Assembly: GCA_963665325.3 (NCBI GenBank)
Contig: CAXXWS020000002.1
Span: 352,001-416,000 of the forward strand
Source: Alphaproteobacteria bacterium
GTDB taxonomy: Bacteria; Pseudomonadota; Alphaproteobacteria; Bin95
Length of the DNA: 64,000 nt
Direction: 5' to 3'
The notes under the pieces are model-generated. The model made no database searches. It was not told where the DNA came from and was given only the letters and a program-made list of their open reading frames with translations. Positions within the stretch are counted from its first letter, which is position 1. Every line of letters starts with the position of its first letter. Position numbers and translations under genes: made by a program. Below, piece by piece: positions 17,995 to 26,277 of the stretch.

Positions 17995-19374
17995 ATGGCG
18001 ACGCGGGTCCTCGTTCCCTCCGGCGTGCTCGGCCTTGGCTTCGACCGGCAGGCTCTCCGGCGGGCGGCGGCAGGCAAGCCGGACATCATCTGCATAGACG
18101 GCGGCTCGACCGACAGCGGCCCCTTCTATCTCGGCGCCGGGGTGTCGAAATATTCGGACGCCTCCGTGCGGTCCGAATGGAAGGAGCTGCTCGATGCGCG
18201 CGAAGTGGCCGGTTGCCCGCTGGTGCTGGGTTCTGCCGGGACCTGCGGCACGGACGGCATGGTGGATGGAATGCTGGAGGCCACCCGCGAGATTGCGGAG
18301 GCCGCCGGACGGCGCCTGAAGGTGGCGGTGCTGAAGTCCGAACAGCCGGTCGCAGCCGTCCGGGAGGCCTTGCAGGCGGGCCGGCTGGCGCCGCTTGCCG
18401 GGACGCCGGAAGCCGGCATCTCTGCCGACGATGTCGGGCGCTGCACGCATGTGGTCGCGTTGGCCGGCGCCGAGCAGATGGCGGCGGCGCTCCGCACGGG
18501 CGCGGATGTCGTCATCGCGGGGCGCGCGACCGACACGGCGGCGATTTCCGCGCTGCCGCTGATGAACGGCGAGGATGCGGGCGCGGCCTGGCACGGCGCC
18601 AAGATCGGCGAATGCGGCGCGCTTTGCTCGACGCGACCGATGAGCGGTGTGATCGGCCTCGAATTCGACGGGTCCGGATGCACTGTTGAGCCCCATGCCG
18701 AAGGGGCGCGCTGCACGCCGGAGTCCGTTGCGGCGCACATGCTCTACGAGAACGCCGATCCCTTCATCCTCCATGAACCGGGCGGACATCTGGACGCGCG
18801 CGGCGCGGCCTACGACGCGCTGGACGAGCGCCGGGTGCGCATTTCCGGGTCCCGCTGGATCGCGTCGGACAGCTATACCGTCAAGCTGGAAGGAGCCCGG
18901 CTCGCCGGCTTTCAGACGACCTCGCTCGCGATCCTGCGCGATGCGCGCTATGTGGCCAACGCCCGGCGCTGGCTCGACCGGCTGGAGGCGTTCCTGGCAG
19001 CGGAAATCCCGGCCCGCACGGGTCTCGAAGCCCATGACTACACCGTCGAGTTCCGCCTGATCGGCGTGGACGCGGCGCTGGGGCCGCTGGAGACGGGGTC
19101 ATCCGATCCGGTCGAGGTGGGCGTGCTGGCCATCGTGACGGCGGCCTCGCAGGCCACGGCGACCGAGATCGCCCGGCTCGCAAACCCTTTCCTGCTGCAC
19201 TTCCCGCTGACCGACGAGGAAGACCTGCCGACCTTCGCCTTTCCCTACTCGCCGGCCGAAACCGAGCGCGGCCCGCTCTACGAGTTCGCCCTCAACCATG
19301 TCATGCGGCTCGACGACCCGATGGAAGCCTTCCGGCTGGAGGTGACGGAGGTCGGGCATGGCCCGCCTCGGTGA
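17995..19374 (+). CDS. AtuA-like (DUF1446) family protein
   Basis: DGGSTDSGPFYLG, IAGRATD, WHGAKIGECGA, SVAAHMLYENADP, FAFPYSP. Confidence 0.75.
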   Translation: MATRVLVPSGVLGLGFDRQALRRAAAGKPDIICIDGGSTDSGPFYLGAGVSKYSDASVRSEWKELLDAREVAGCPLVLGSAGTCGTDGMVDGMLEATREIAEAAGRRLKVAVLKSEQPVAAVREALQAGRLAPLAGTPEAGISADDVGRCTHVVALAGAEQMAAALRTGADVVIAGRATDTAAISALPLMNGEDAGAAWHGAKIGECGALCSTRPMSGVIGLEFDGSGCTVEPHAEGARCTPESVAAHMLYENADPFILHEPGGHLDARGAAYDALDERRVRISGSRWIASDSYTVKLEGARLAGFQTTSLAILRDARYVANARRWLDRLEAFLAAEIPARTGLEAHDYTVEFRLIGVDAALGPLETGSSDPVEVGVLAIVTAASQATATEIARLANPFLLHFPLTDEEDLPTFAFPYSPAETERGPLYEFALNHVMRLDDPMEAFRLEVTEVGHGPPR

Positions 19375-19681
19375 CGCGGTGCAGATGGTCCGGTCCAAGA
19401 ATGCCGGACCGTTCATGGTCACGGTGGATGTCTTCTGCGGCACGGATGCCGCCTTCCAGAGGGTCAATGCAGCGCTCTCGACCGGGGCGGTCGGGCGCCT
19501 CTACCGCGTGGATCCGGAGCGGGTCGGGCGATACGAGCTGCCCGAAATCCGGGTCGTGAAGTTCAGCTTCCCGCGCCCGGTGCCCCAGGGCAGCCGCGGC
19601 GACCGCGACATGCACGGCGCGCAATGGGCGGTGCTGCTGGCGGAAGCCGAATTCGAGGAAGCCGGCGAAAGCGTCAGATGA
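19358..19681 (+). CDS. DUF4387 family protein
   Basis: VRSKNAGPF..T.D and DRDMHGAQ; overlaps the AtuA-like gene end. Confidence 0.75.
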   Translation: MARLGDAVQMVRSKNAGPFMVTVDVFCGTDAAFQRVNAALSTGAVGRLYRVDPERVGRYELPEIRVVKFSFPRPVPQGSRGDRDMHGAQWAVLLAEAEFEEAGESVR

Positions 19682-20864
19682 CTTTCGCGGCCCTGAGGGC
19701 GGCGATCCTGTCCGCGCCGTAGCCGAGCCCGGCCAGCACCTCGTCCGTGTCGGCGCCCATCGCCGGTGCGGGCCGGCCGGGCGGTGCCGCGCCGGTCCGT
19801 ATCGGCGGGCCGACCGAGCCGACGCGGCGCCCGGAGGGATGGTCCACCCAGAGATGGCGCTCCGTTTCGGTGGGGAAGGGCGCGTCCATGGCGGAGGCGA
19901 TATCGTGGACGGGAGCGACCGGCACCTGGCCCTGCAGGACATCCAGCCATTCGGCCGTCGTCTTCGCGGAGAGCGCCTCGTCCAGCATTTCCGTCACCGT
20001 CTCCCGGTTGGCGAGGCGGGCGGCGAAGTCCCGGAAGCGCGGGTCGTCCTTCCATTCCGGCCGGCCGAGCGCGTCCGCAAGCTCGCCCCAGAATTTCTCC
20101 TTGTTGCACATGATGAACAGCCAGCCGTCGCGTGTGCGGTAGAGCTGGGAGGGTGTGAGGTTCGGGTGCGAGGAGCGCGGCTCGCGGCCCTGCACGATGC
20201 CCGCCGTCAGATACCAGCAGGCGAGATAGCCGACATTCGACATGGCGGTGTCGTAGAGCGAGACGTCGAGGTCCATGCCCCTGCCGCCGGCCCGGGCTGC
20301 CAGAATGCCGGAGGTCATGGCGAGCGCCGCCTGAACGCCGGTCGCGAGATCGACCATGGAGAGCCCCATGCGCGCAGGCGGCGAACCCGGCTCGCCGGTG
20401 ACGGAGAGATAGCCCGCCTCCGCCTGCATCAGGTAGTCGTAGCCGGGCCAGGCGGCGCGCGGACCCTCGCGTCCATATGCGGAGAGATGCACGCAGACGA
20501 TCGCCGGGTTGACCGCCTTGAGCGCCTCGTAGGTCAGGCCCAGCTTCGCCGGCCGGTCGCCGCGCAGATTGTCGAGCATCCCGTCGGCCGAGCGCACAAG
20601 GTCGTGCAGCACTTCCCGGCCGGCCTCCTGCTTGAGGTCCAGCGCCACCGAGCGCTTGTTGCGGTTGAACGCCTGGAAGAACAGGCTGTCGCCTTGCGGC
20701 AGCGGGTCCTGCGGGTGGCGCACGAAGCGCCCGACATCGCCGCCCTCGGCAATGTTCTCCACCTTGACGACCTCCGCGCCGAGGTCCGCAAGCTGCATCG
20801 TGCCGAACGGCCCGGCCCCGTACTGCTCGACCGCAACGATGCGGACCCCCTCCAACGGCAACAT
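19674..20864 (-). CDS. CaiB/BaiF family III CoA transferase
   Basis: AGPFGTMQLADLGAEVVKVE, NRNKRSVALDLK, GYDYLMQAEAG. Confidence 0.9.
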   Translation of the reverse strand: MLPLEGVRIVAVEQYGAGPFGTMQLADLGAEVVKVENIAEGGDVGRFVRHPQDPLPQGDSLFFQAFNRNKRSVALDLKQEAGREVLHDLVRSADGMLDNLRGDRPAKLGLTYEALKAVNPAIVCVHLSAYGREGPRAAWPGYDYLMQAEAGYLSVTGEPGSPPARMGLSMVDLATGVQAALAMTSGILAARAGGRGMDLDVSLYDTAMSNVGYLACWYLTAGIVQGREPRSSHPNLTPSQLYRTRDGWLFIMCNKEKFWGELADALGRPEWKDDPRFRDFAARLANRETVTEMLDEALSAKTTAEWLDVLQGQVPVAPVHDIASAMDAPFPTETERHLWVDHPSGRRVGSVGPPIRTGAAPPGRPAPAMGADTDEVLAGLGYGADRIAALRAAKVI

Positions 20865-20991
20865 GATGTTTCTCCCCGGACGCCGATGCCGGATGAGGTA
20901 GCGCCTCCGCCCGGCCCGGTCCAGCACGGCTGAATTGCGGCAGCCGGCAAATTGGTGAAACTGCGCCGACCCCTTTCGGAGACACCGGCAA

Positions 20992-21930
20992 ATGACCGCA
21001 CCCAAACTCGGCTACCTGCTGCCCACCCGCGAGCGCATCATGAGCGGCGAGAACGAGACCGGGCCGATGCTGGCGCTGGCCGAGCGGGCCGAGGCGCTCG
21101 GCTACGACTCGATCTGGATCGGCGACAGCCTGCTCGCAAGGCCGCGCCACGACCCGCTGACCCTGATGGCGGCGGTGGCGGCGCGCACAGAGCGCGTCGC
21201 GGTCGGCACGGCCGTGCTGCTGCCGGCGCTGCGCAACCCTGTCGTGCTGGCGCACCAGGTCGCGACGCTGGACCGGATCGCCGAGGGACGGCTGATCCTG
21301 GGCTACGGCATCGCCAATGACGTGCCCAATATCCGCGCGGAGTTTGCCGCCGCCGGCGTGCCGTTCGAGAAGCGCGTCGGGCGGATGCTGGAGGGGCTCC
21401 GGCTCTGCCGCGCGCTCTGGTCCGGCGAGCCGGTGGACTGGGAGGGGCGCTGGCCCGTGAAGGAGGGCGTGCTCGGGCCGACCCCGCACAATCCGGGCGG
21501 CCCGCCGGTCTGGCTCGGCGGGGGCGTGCCAGCCGCCCTGAAGCGCGCCGCACGGGAATTCGACGGCTGGTTCCCGACCGGCCCCGACGCCGAAGGCTGG
21601 GGCGAGGGATGGCGGACGGTGCAGGCCGCCGCCGTCGAGGCGGGGCGTCCGGCTGGCGCGTTGACGGGCGCGGTCTATCTGACGATCGCGCTCGACGAGG
21701 ACGCGGACGCCGGCAATGCGCGCATCGATGCCTATCTGGAGAGCTATTACGGCGCGCCCGCTGCCGTCCTCCGCAAGCGCCAGACCGCCTTCGCCGGCCC
21801 GCCGGAAGCCGCCGCGGACTGGATCGGCGGCTATGCGGAACGGGGCGCCAGCCACATCGCGCTCCGCTTCGTCGGCGACCATGAACGCATGCTGGAGGCC
21901 GTCGCCGGCGTGAGGGACCGTATCGGCTGA
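20992..21930 (+). CDS. LLM class flavin-dependent oxidoreductase
   Basis: AEALGYDSIWIGD, LRNPVVLAHQVATLD, GRLILG.G. Confidence 0.88.
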   Translation: MTAPKLGYLLPTRERIMSGENETGPMLALAERAEALGYDSIWIGDSLLARPRHDPLTLMAAVAARTERVAVGTAVLLPALRNPVVLAHQVATLDRIAEGRLILGYGIANDVPNIRAEFAAAGVPFEKRVGRMLEGLRLCRALWSGEPVDWEGRWPVKEGVLGPTPHNPGGPPVWLGGGVPAALKRAAREFDGWFPTGPDAEGWGEGWRTVQAAAVEAGRPAGALTGAVYLTIALDEDADAGNARIDAYLESYYGAPAAVLRKRQTAFAGPPEAAADWIGGYAERGASHIALRFVGDHERMLEAVAGVRDRIG

Positions 21931-21948
21931 CGGGACACCCCGGCGAAG

Positions 21949-21996
21949 TGTCATGAGATGTCATGTTTTGTCATGAAGCCCGCCGGAAATGTCATG
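21949..21996. repeat. Phased TGTCATG direct repeats
   Basis: Copies at 21949, 21959, 21969 and 21990 (spacing 10, 10, 21). Confidence 0.75.
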
Positions 21997-22132
21997 TTCC
22001 GCCCGCTCTTTCCCCCTCCCAAGCTCGCGAGGGAGAGCCTGCCCCGGACCGCGATCCGGGGGCCGCGGCGGGAGGCCCTTTCCTGTCCCGGCAAGGCCCT
22101 GCCCGGTTGCCCGGCCGCCGTCTCTCTCCCGA

Positions 22133-22154
22133 CCTCTCCCGCGAGCGGGAGAGG
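22133..22154. repeat. Perfect hairpin of CCTCTCCC...GGGAGAGG type
   Basis: CCTCTCCCGC-GA-GCGGGAGAGG. Confidence 0.6.
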
Positions 22155-22215
22155 AGATTTGGCGTCTCCGCCCGTATCCTGCATGCGGCTCCTCCATCGC
22201 ATTCCGTTCGCCCTC

Positions 22216-22311
22216 CGCCGCGCCGAACGCGGCGAACAATGCAGATGGCGGCGTTGACGCCGCCGCGTCGAACGCGGCGAACATTGCAGATGGCGGCGTT
22301 GACGCCGCCGC
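22216..22311. repeat. 45-bp tandem duplication
   Basis: 22216-22260 and 22261-22305 differ at 2 positions, plus a partial third unit. Confidence 0.85.
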
Positions 22312-22607
22312 CGGCGGCCTGCCCGGCAAGCGGGACCCTGTTTCGCGCGTATCGCGTGCGGGCGCGGGCGGGTGTCAGCGCCGGCGCGGTTTGCGCGCCT
22401 GATTGCGCCTGCGTGCGCGAACCCAGGCGCAGGGCGCACGTCTCCCGTCCGTTCCGTTAGAATTTTTTTCGCGCCGGCGCGAAGCAGCCCCGCGGATGCC
22501 GCTTCCATTGCTCCATATTAGCACTGATTTCTGAGATACAAGCCCATGACGGGAATTATTTCAAAAAATATGGAACAAGAAGCGGTTTTCATGTAGGACT
22601 CATGCCC

Positions 22608-22937
22608 TCATATCGTCATGCCCGGACCTGTTCCGGGCATCTCTGTAGGGGGACAAAAGTAATGCGGAAGTCGGACTATGCCGGATGTGGTCGGATATGG
22701 CCGGACGGAATGAGGCAGGGCAAGGGGTTGCGAGGGATGAGCGGCGCGGATGACCGGGTTCGTCTCCCAGCGGCCCTCGATCACGGCGCCGTTCTCCCGG
22801 AGTTCGGCGATGCAGCTGTTGACGGCGCAGACATGTGCGGCCCGGACGATGTCGCGTGTCGAGCGCTCCCGGCCGTCTCTCAGGAGTTCTTGCACCCGGC
22901 GCAGGCGGGCGGATCGGGAGAGGCGGGCCGCGTGCAT
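22608..22937 (-). CDS. Phage-type winged-helix HTH protein, probably 3'-degenerate
   Basis: MHAARL..S.RL.RV..LL.DG...STRDIV..A.V.AVNSCIAELR.NG..I resembles small HTH genes of transposable prophages as recalled. Confidence 0.55.
   Translation of the reverse strand: MHAARLSRSARLRRVQELLRDGRERSTRDIVRAAHVCAVNSCIAELRENGAVIEGRWETNPVIRAAHPSQPLALPHSVRPYPTTSGIVRLPHYFCPPTEMPGTGPGMTI
22614..22641 (+). repeat. CGTC-tagged REP-like palindrome
   Basis: CGTC-ATGCCCGGA-CCTGT-TCCGGGCAT-C. Confidence 0.7.
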
Positions 22938-23002
22938 TACGGAGCGAATCCGGGTGTAGAGTTGGCGCCAGATTTCGACCCGCTGGGCTTTGGAGACTGC
23001 TC

Positions 23003-23707
23003 AAGGACCCGACGGCTGCGCTTTCCTCGTTTAGTGGCCTCGTTAGCCTCGCGCGCGGTCTCACCGCGCTGAAGACGGACATTGAGGTTGAGCAAGTTCG
23101 CTCGGCACTCCTGGGACAGATCACGGAAGTCCAGCAAACAACCCTGCAACTTCAGGAAGATTTGCTTGGAGCAAGGTCCGTTCGAGTTGAACCGGGAACG
23201 GATATGCAACTCCGGTTGTCACCCCGGACGGAGCGGAGCGGAGATCCGGGGTCCAGTCTACCGGGGCTTGACCAGGTTTCGAAAGCGGTTCTGGACCCCG
23301 GCTCGGGGGCCGGGGTGGCGGTTTTGGGTTCGGTTCCAGTTGCGGTTCAATTCGAATGGATTCCGCTCTAGGGCTCGTGAACGCAGTTCCGAGTTGGAGC
23401 GAGAGCTCAAGGAAATGCACGACTGGTCGAAGGAAAAAGAGCGTTACACGCTCAACAATTGGGACGCGATGCATACGCATACGCCGAGGCGCTGCCCACG
23501 AAGGGCGGACAAGCGGCGGAGGCTCTTCTTTGCACCCATTGCTATGAGGATCGAAAGCGCTCGATCCTTCAGTTTCAGGGCACCGACCTCGCTGGATCGG
23601 TGCTGCTGTGTCCCCGCTGCAAGAATCGCGTGTTCTATAGGGACCGAGTTCGAGAGGAAGAGGCGCGTGCTCGCGCGCATTCGGTTCAGCGCCTCTCGCG
23701 GACATGA
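23003..23707 (+). pseudogene. Coiled-coil + CxxC...CxxC protein pseudogene, interrupted by a MITE and a frameshift
   Basis: GGAG RBS then AAG-GAC-CCG (ATG lost?); ...QEDLL|RARERSSELERELKEM...RYTL, frameshift near 23455, then LCTHCYED...LCPRCK. Confidence 0.65.
23166..23371. mobile_element. Non-autonomous MITE-like element with an internal REP-like doublet (23217-23320)
   Basis: Imperfect 29-bp TIRs (TTGGAGCAAGGTCCGTTCGAGTTGAACCG vs reverse complement CTAGAGCGGAATCCATTCGAATTGAACCG); removal restores the host reading frame. Confidence 0.65.
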
Positions 23708-24133
23708 AGTATCATTCACGAAGACCTCCACTCAGCATCTCTGTTGTGTCCGAATGCTGTACGACTTGGCGTTGGAATCGCGAGACGCGGGGTTTGATCC
23801 CTCTGCCACCTTTGTTCATGGAAATAGCAGAAATTCATCGACCGGAGCCCGTGCTAAAGAAGGACAATTATCCGAGAAGGTGCTTTTCCCCAGGTTCCTT
23901 CGGGACCCGTATCTCTCCCAACTGAAACCCCTCCGGCATGTCCCGAGGCCCGTAGAGCGCTTGCCGTCCCTCCGGATCCGCCGACAAATTTCTTCTTTCC
24001 TCCCATTTGGGTAGGAGCAATTGGCTATGCATCTTCATAGCATTCCTCGGGTGTACCGGCTTTGCACGTCGCGCGGCGTGCAAGTCACCGCCGAAGCCCA
24101 TGAACGGGGAAATGAACTCCCGGGGAGGATGCC

Positions 24134-25051
24134 ATGAACATCACTGCGTTGCACAAGACCGTGACCGCACTTCCACTCATCGCCATGCTGGCGGTCTCTG
24201 GCTGTGGGGGTAGTGAACACACCAGCATGGGGATAGATCCCGGAGGGCCTGCGACGCCCGTTGATATGGAGGTTCCCGAGCAAGACCACGTGATTCAGGT
24301 GGCCCAACAAGGCAGCCGTGCAGTAAGCGCCATTCGCGATTCAGGCAGCAATGTTGTAGGGCTCCAAGTTGGAAATACAACGGTATCGCTCGATTCTCAC
24401 CGTCTCGGAAACTTTAGTGGAGCCTCCCAGCCCCCGACAGTTGGATCGGTCCTACAGAACGATGATATCCGACTTCGTCATGTTCATTCGCACTGGGACA
24501 TGGTGACCGATGTCGTTTCGACATATGAATATCTTTCCTTCGGGGCATGGGCGACCGTGGCACCGGAAACCGGGGGGGATGCCCTTTTCGACTATCGCTA
24601 TGAGAGCATCGGCGATGGCTACCTGGCAGCGCTCGACAGTGCGAGAACGCCGGTTGCCGGCATGGCTATAGAAGGAACGGCAACTTACTCGGGCCTGTAC
24701 ACCGGCTTCGTACAGGGTCACGGCATCGATGGCGATATCCTCAGGAGCACTGGTGACGCCGACATCACGGCGGACTTTGCGAATAAGTCCTTGGAGGTGG
24801 AGATGCTCAGTGCCCAAGGCAATGCGTTTTCCCTTTCAGGTTCTATTCTAGGGAATACATTCTCTGGAACCACCCTTGAGCACATGGCCGCAACCCCGCT
24901 CATTCAGGTGACAGGTGCCACCGCAAGGATGGAAGGTGGCTTCTACGGGGCTGGGGCAAGCGAGGCCGGCGGTGTCTTTGAGATTATAGGGGGACGCTCG
25001 CAGGACCCGGGCCGCTTTGTCGGTGCCTTCGGCGGGAAGAAGACCGACTGA
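24134..25051 (+). CDS. Surface lipoprotein with transferrin-binding protein B-like C-terminal beta-barrel
   Basis: Lipobox LAVSG-C, GTATYSG, ADITADF, GNTFSG, GGFYG.GASEAGGVF, GAFGGKK; lower GC. Confidence 0.8.
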   Translation: MNITALHKTVTALPLIAMLAVSGCGGSEHTSMGIDPGGPATPVDMEVPEQDHVIQVAQQGSRAVSAIRDSGSNVVGLQVGNTTVSLDSHRLGNFSGASQPPTVGSVLQNDDIRLRHVHSHWDMVTDVVSTYEYLSFGAWATVAPETGGDALFDYRYESIGDGYLAALDSARTPVAGMAIEGTATYSGLYTGFVQGHGIDGDILRSTGDADITADFANKSLEVEMLSAQGNAFSLSGSILGNTFSGTTLEHMAATPLIQVTGATARMEGGFYGAGASEAGGVFEIIGGRSQDPGRFVGAFGGKKTD

Positions 25052-25437
25052 GTTTCCGGGCACCTTTCAACCTCGTTCCCTGGTGCTGGCCGGTCGCCAT
25101 GCCGTTCTACTTGCCCGGGCGACGGGGTCCTCGAAGTGGGATTTGCCGCGCGAGCCGTGTAAGGGCGGTGTCTGGAGCCCACGTCGAGGTCTGGGTTGAC
25201 GGACGAGATTTCCGGCGCTGCCGCTTGCTCTCCTCAGCGATGGCCTTCTTCGAACGGGACCGATCATTCCGATCGGTCGTCGGCTCGCCATATCCCCGCG
25301 CGTCCGGGACGCCAAACCGCACCACACACGGTTCGGGGGCCGGGGTGACGAAGGCGTCAATGGGCCGCGCAGCAAAGCCGGCAGGCACACCGCAGGCAAG
25401 CCAAAACGAGATGTGTGCGGGCGGTCCCCCGCCGGGA

Positions 25438-26277
25438 TCAGGACGCGGCCAGCGGTGCGTAGTCGTCCAGCAGTTTGAGCGTTTCGTCGCGGGTGGCGTC
25501 CGGGAGTTCCAGCAGCACGCGGTCGATGCCGGCGTCCTCGCAGGTGGCGATGGCGTCCTTGTCCGGCGGGGCGCGGAACAGCGTGACCTGGAGGTCGGCC
25601 ATGTCCCGGCCGGCGGCGTCCGCATGGGTGCGCAGGCGCGCCATCTGCTCCTTGGGGTCGAACCCCGGGCGCGGCCGCGGCAGCCAGCCGTCGCAGTAAT
25701 CGACCACGCGGCGCAGCGTGTAGTCGGTCTCGCCGCCCATCAGGATCGGCGGGTGCGGCGTCTGGACGGGCTTGGGCCACGACCAGCACGACTCGAAGGA
25801 CACATGCTCGCCGGAGAAGGACGCCTCGTCCTCCGTCCAGAGCTTCTTCATCGCCAACGCACGCTCGCGCACGATGGCGAAACGGGTGCGGTAGGTGGAG
25901 CCGTGGTCTTCCATCTCCTCGACGTTCCAGCCGCCGCCGAGGCCGAAGACGAAGCGCCCGCCCGAGAGCCGGTCCAGGCTGGCCACGACCTTGGCGGTCA
26001 CGATGGGGTCCCGCTGCGCCAGCAGGCAGATGCCCGTGCCGAGGGTCAGCTTCTCGGTCGCGGCGGCGGCGAAGGCGAGCGCGACGAAGGGGTCGTGGGT
26101 GTGCGCATAGCGCTTCTGGAGCGGGCCGCCGGCCGGGAAGGGCGAACGCCGGCTGGTGGGGATGTGCGTGTGCTCGGGCACGAAGAGCGCCTCGAAGCCC
26201 CGGTCCTCGAGGGCGCGGGCGAGTTCGGAAATATCGATGCCGTAGTCCGTCGGAAAGATGAATACGCCGGTCTTCAT
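25438..26277 (-). CDS. LLM class oxidoreductase, putative F420-dependent subfamily
   Basis: GFEALFVPEHTHIP, QRDPIVTAK.VASLD.LSGGR, GWNVEEMEDHG, PKPVQ.PHPPI. Confidence 0.85.
   Translation of the reverse strand: MKTGVFIFPTDYGIDISELARALEDRGFEALFVPEHTHIPTSRRSPFPAGGPLQKRYAHTHDPFVALAFAAAATEKLTLGTGICLLAQRDPIVTAKVVASLDRLSGGRFVFGLGGGWNVEEMEDHGSTYRTRFAIVRERALAMKKLWTEDEASFSGEHVSFESCWSWPKPVQTPHPPILMGGETDYTLRRVVDYCDGWLPRPRPGFDPKEQMARLRTHADAAGRDMADLQVTLFRAPPDKDAIATCEDAGIDRVLLELPDATRDETLKLLDDYAPLAAS

Noticed and set aside
19501-21954. 817-aa minus-strand ORF and similar long Arg/Pro/Gly-rich ORFs elsewhere
   Set aside because: Alternative-frame or antisense ORFs over well-supported genes; composition reflects GC bias.
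21951-22508. 185-aa minus-strand ORF as a gene
   Set aside because: Low complexity, translates hairpin and tandem repeats, no recognisable domain; kept only as a weak finding.
23082-24014. 310-aa ORF in the island
   Set aside because: Chimeric frame reading through the MITE and one pseudogene segment; better explained by the 23003-23707 pseudogene.
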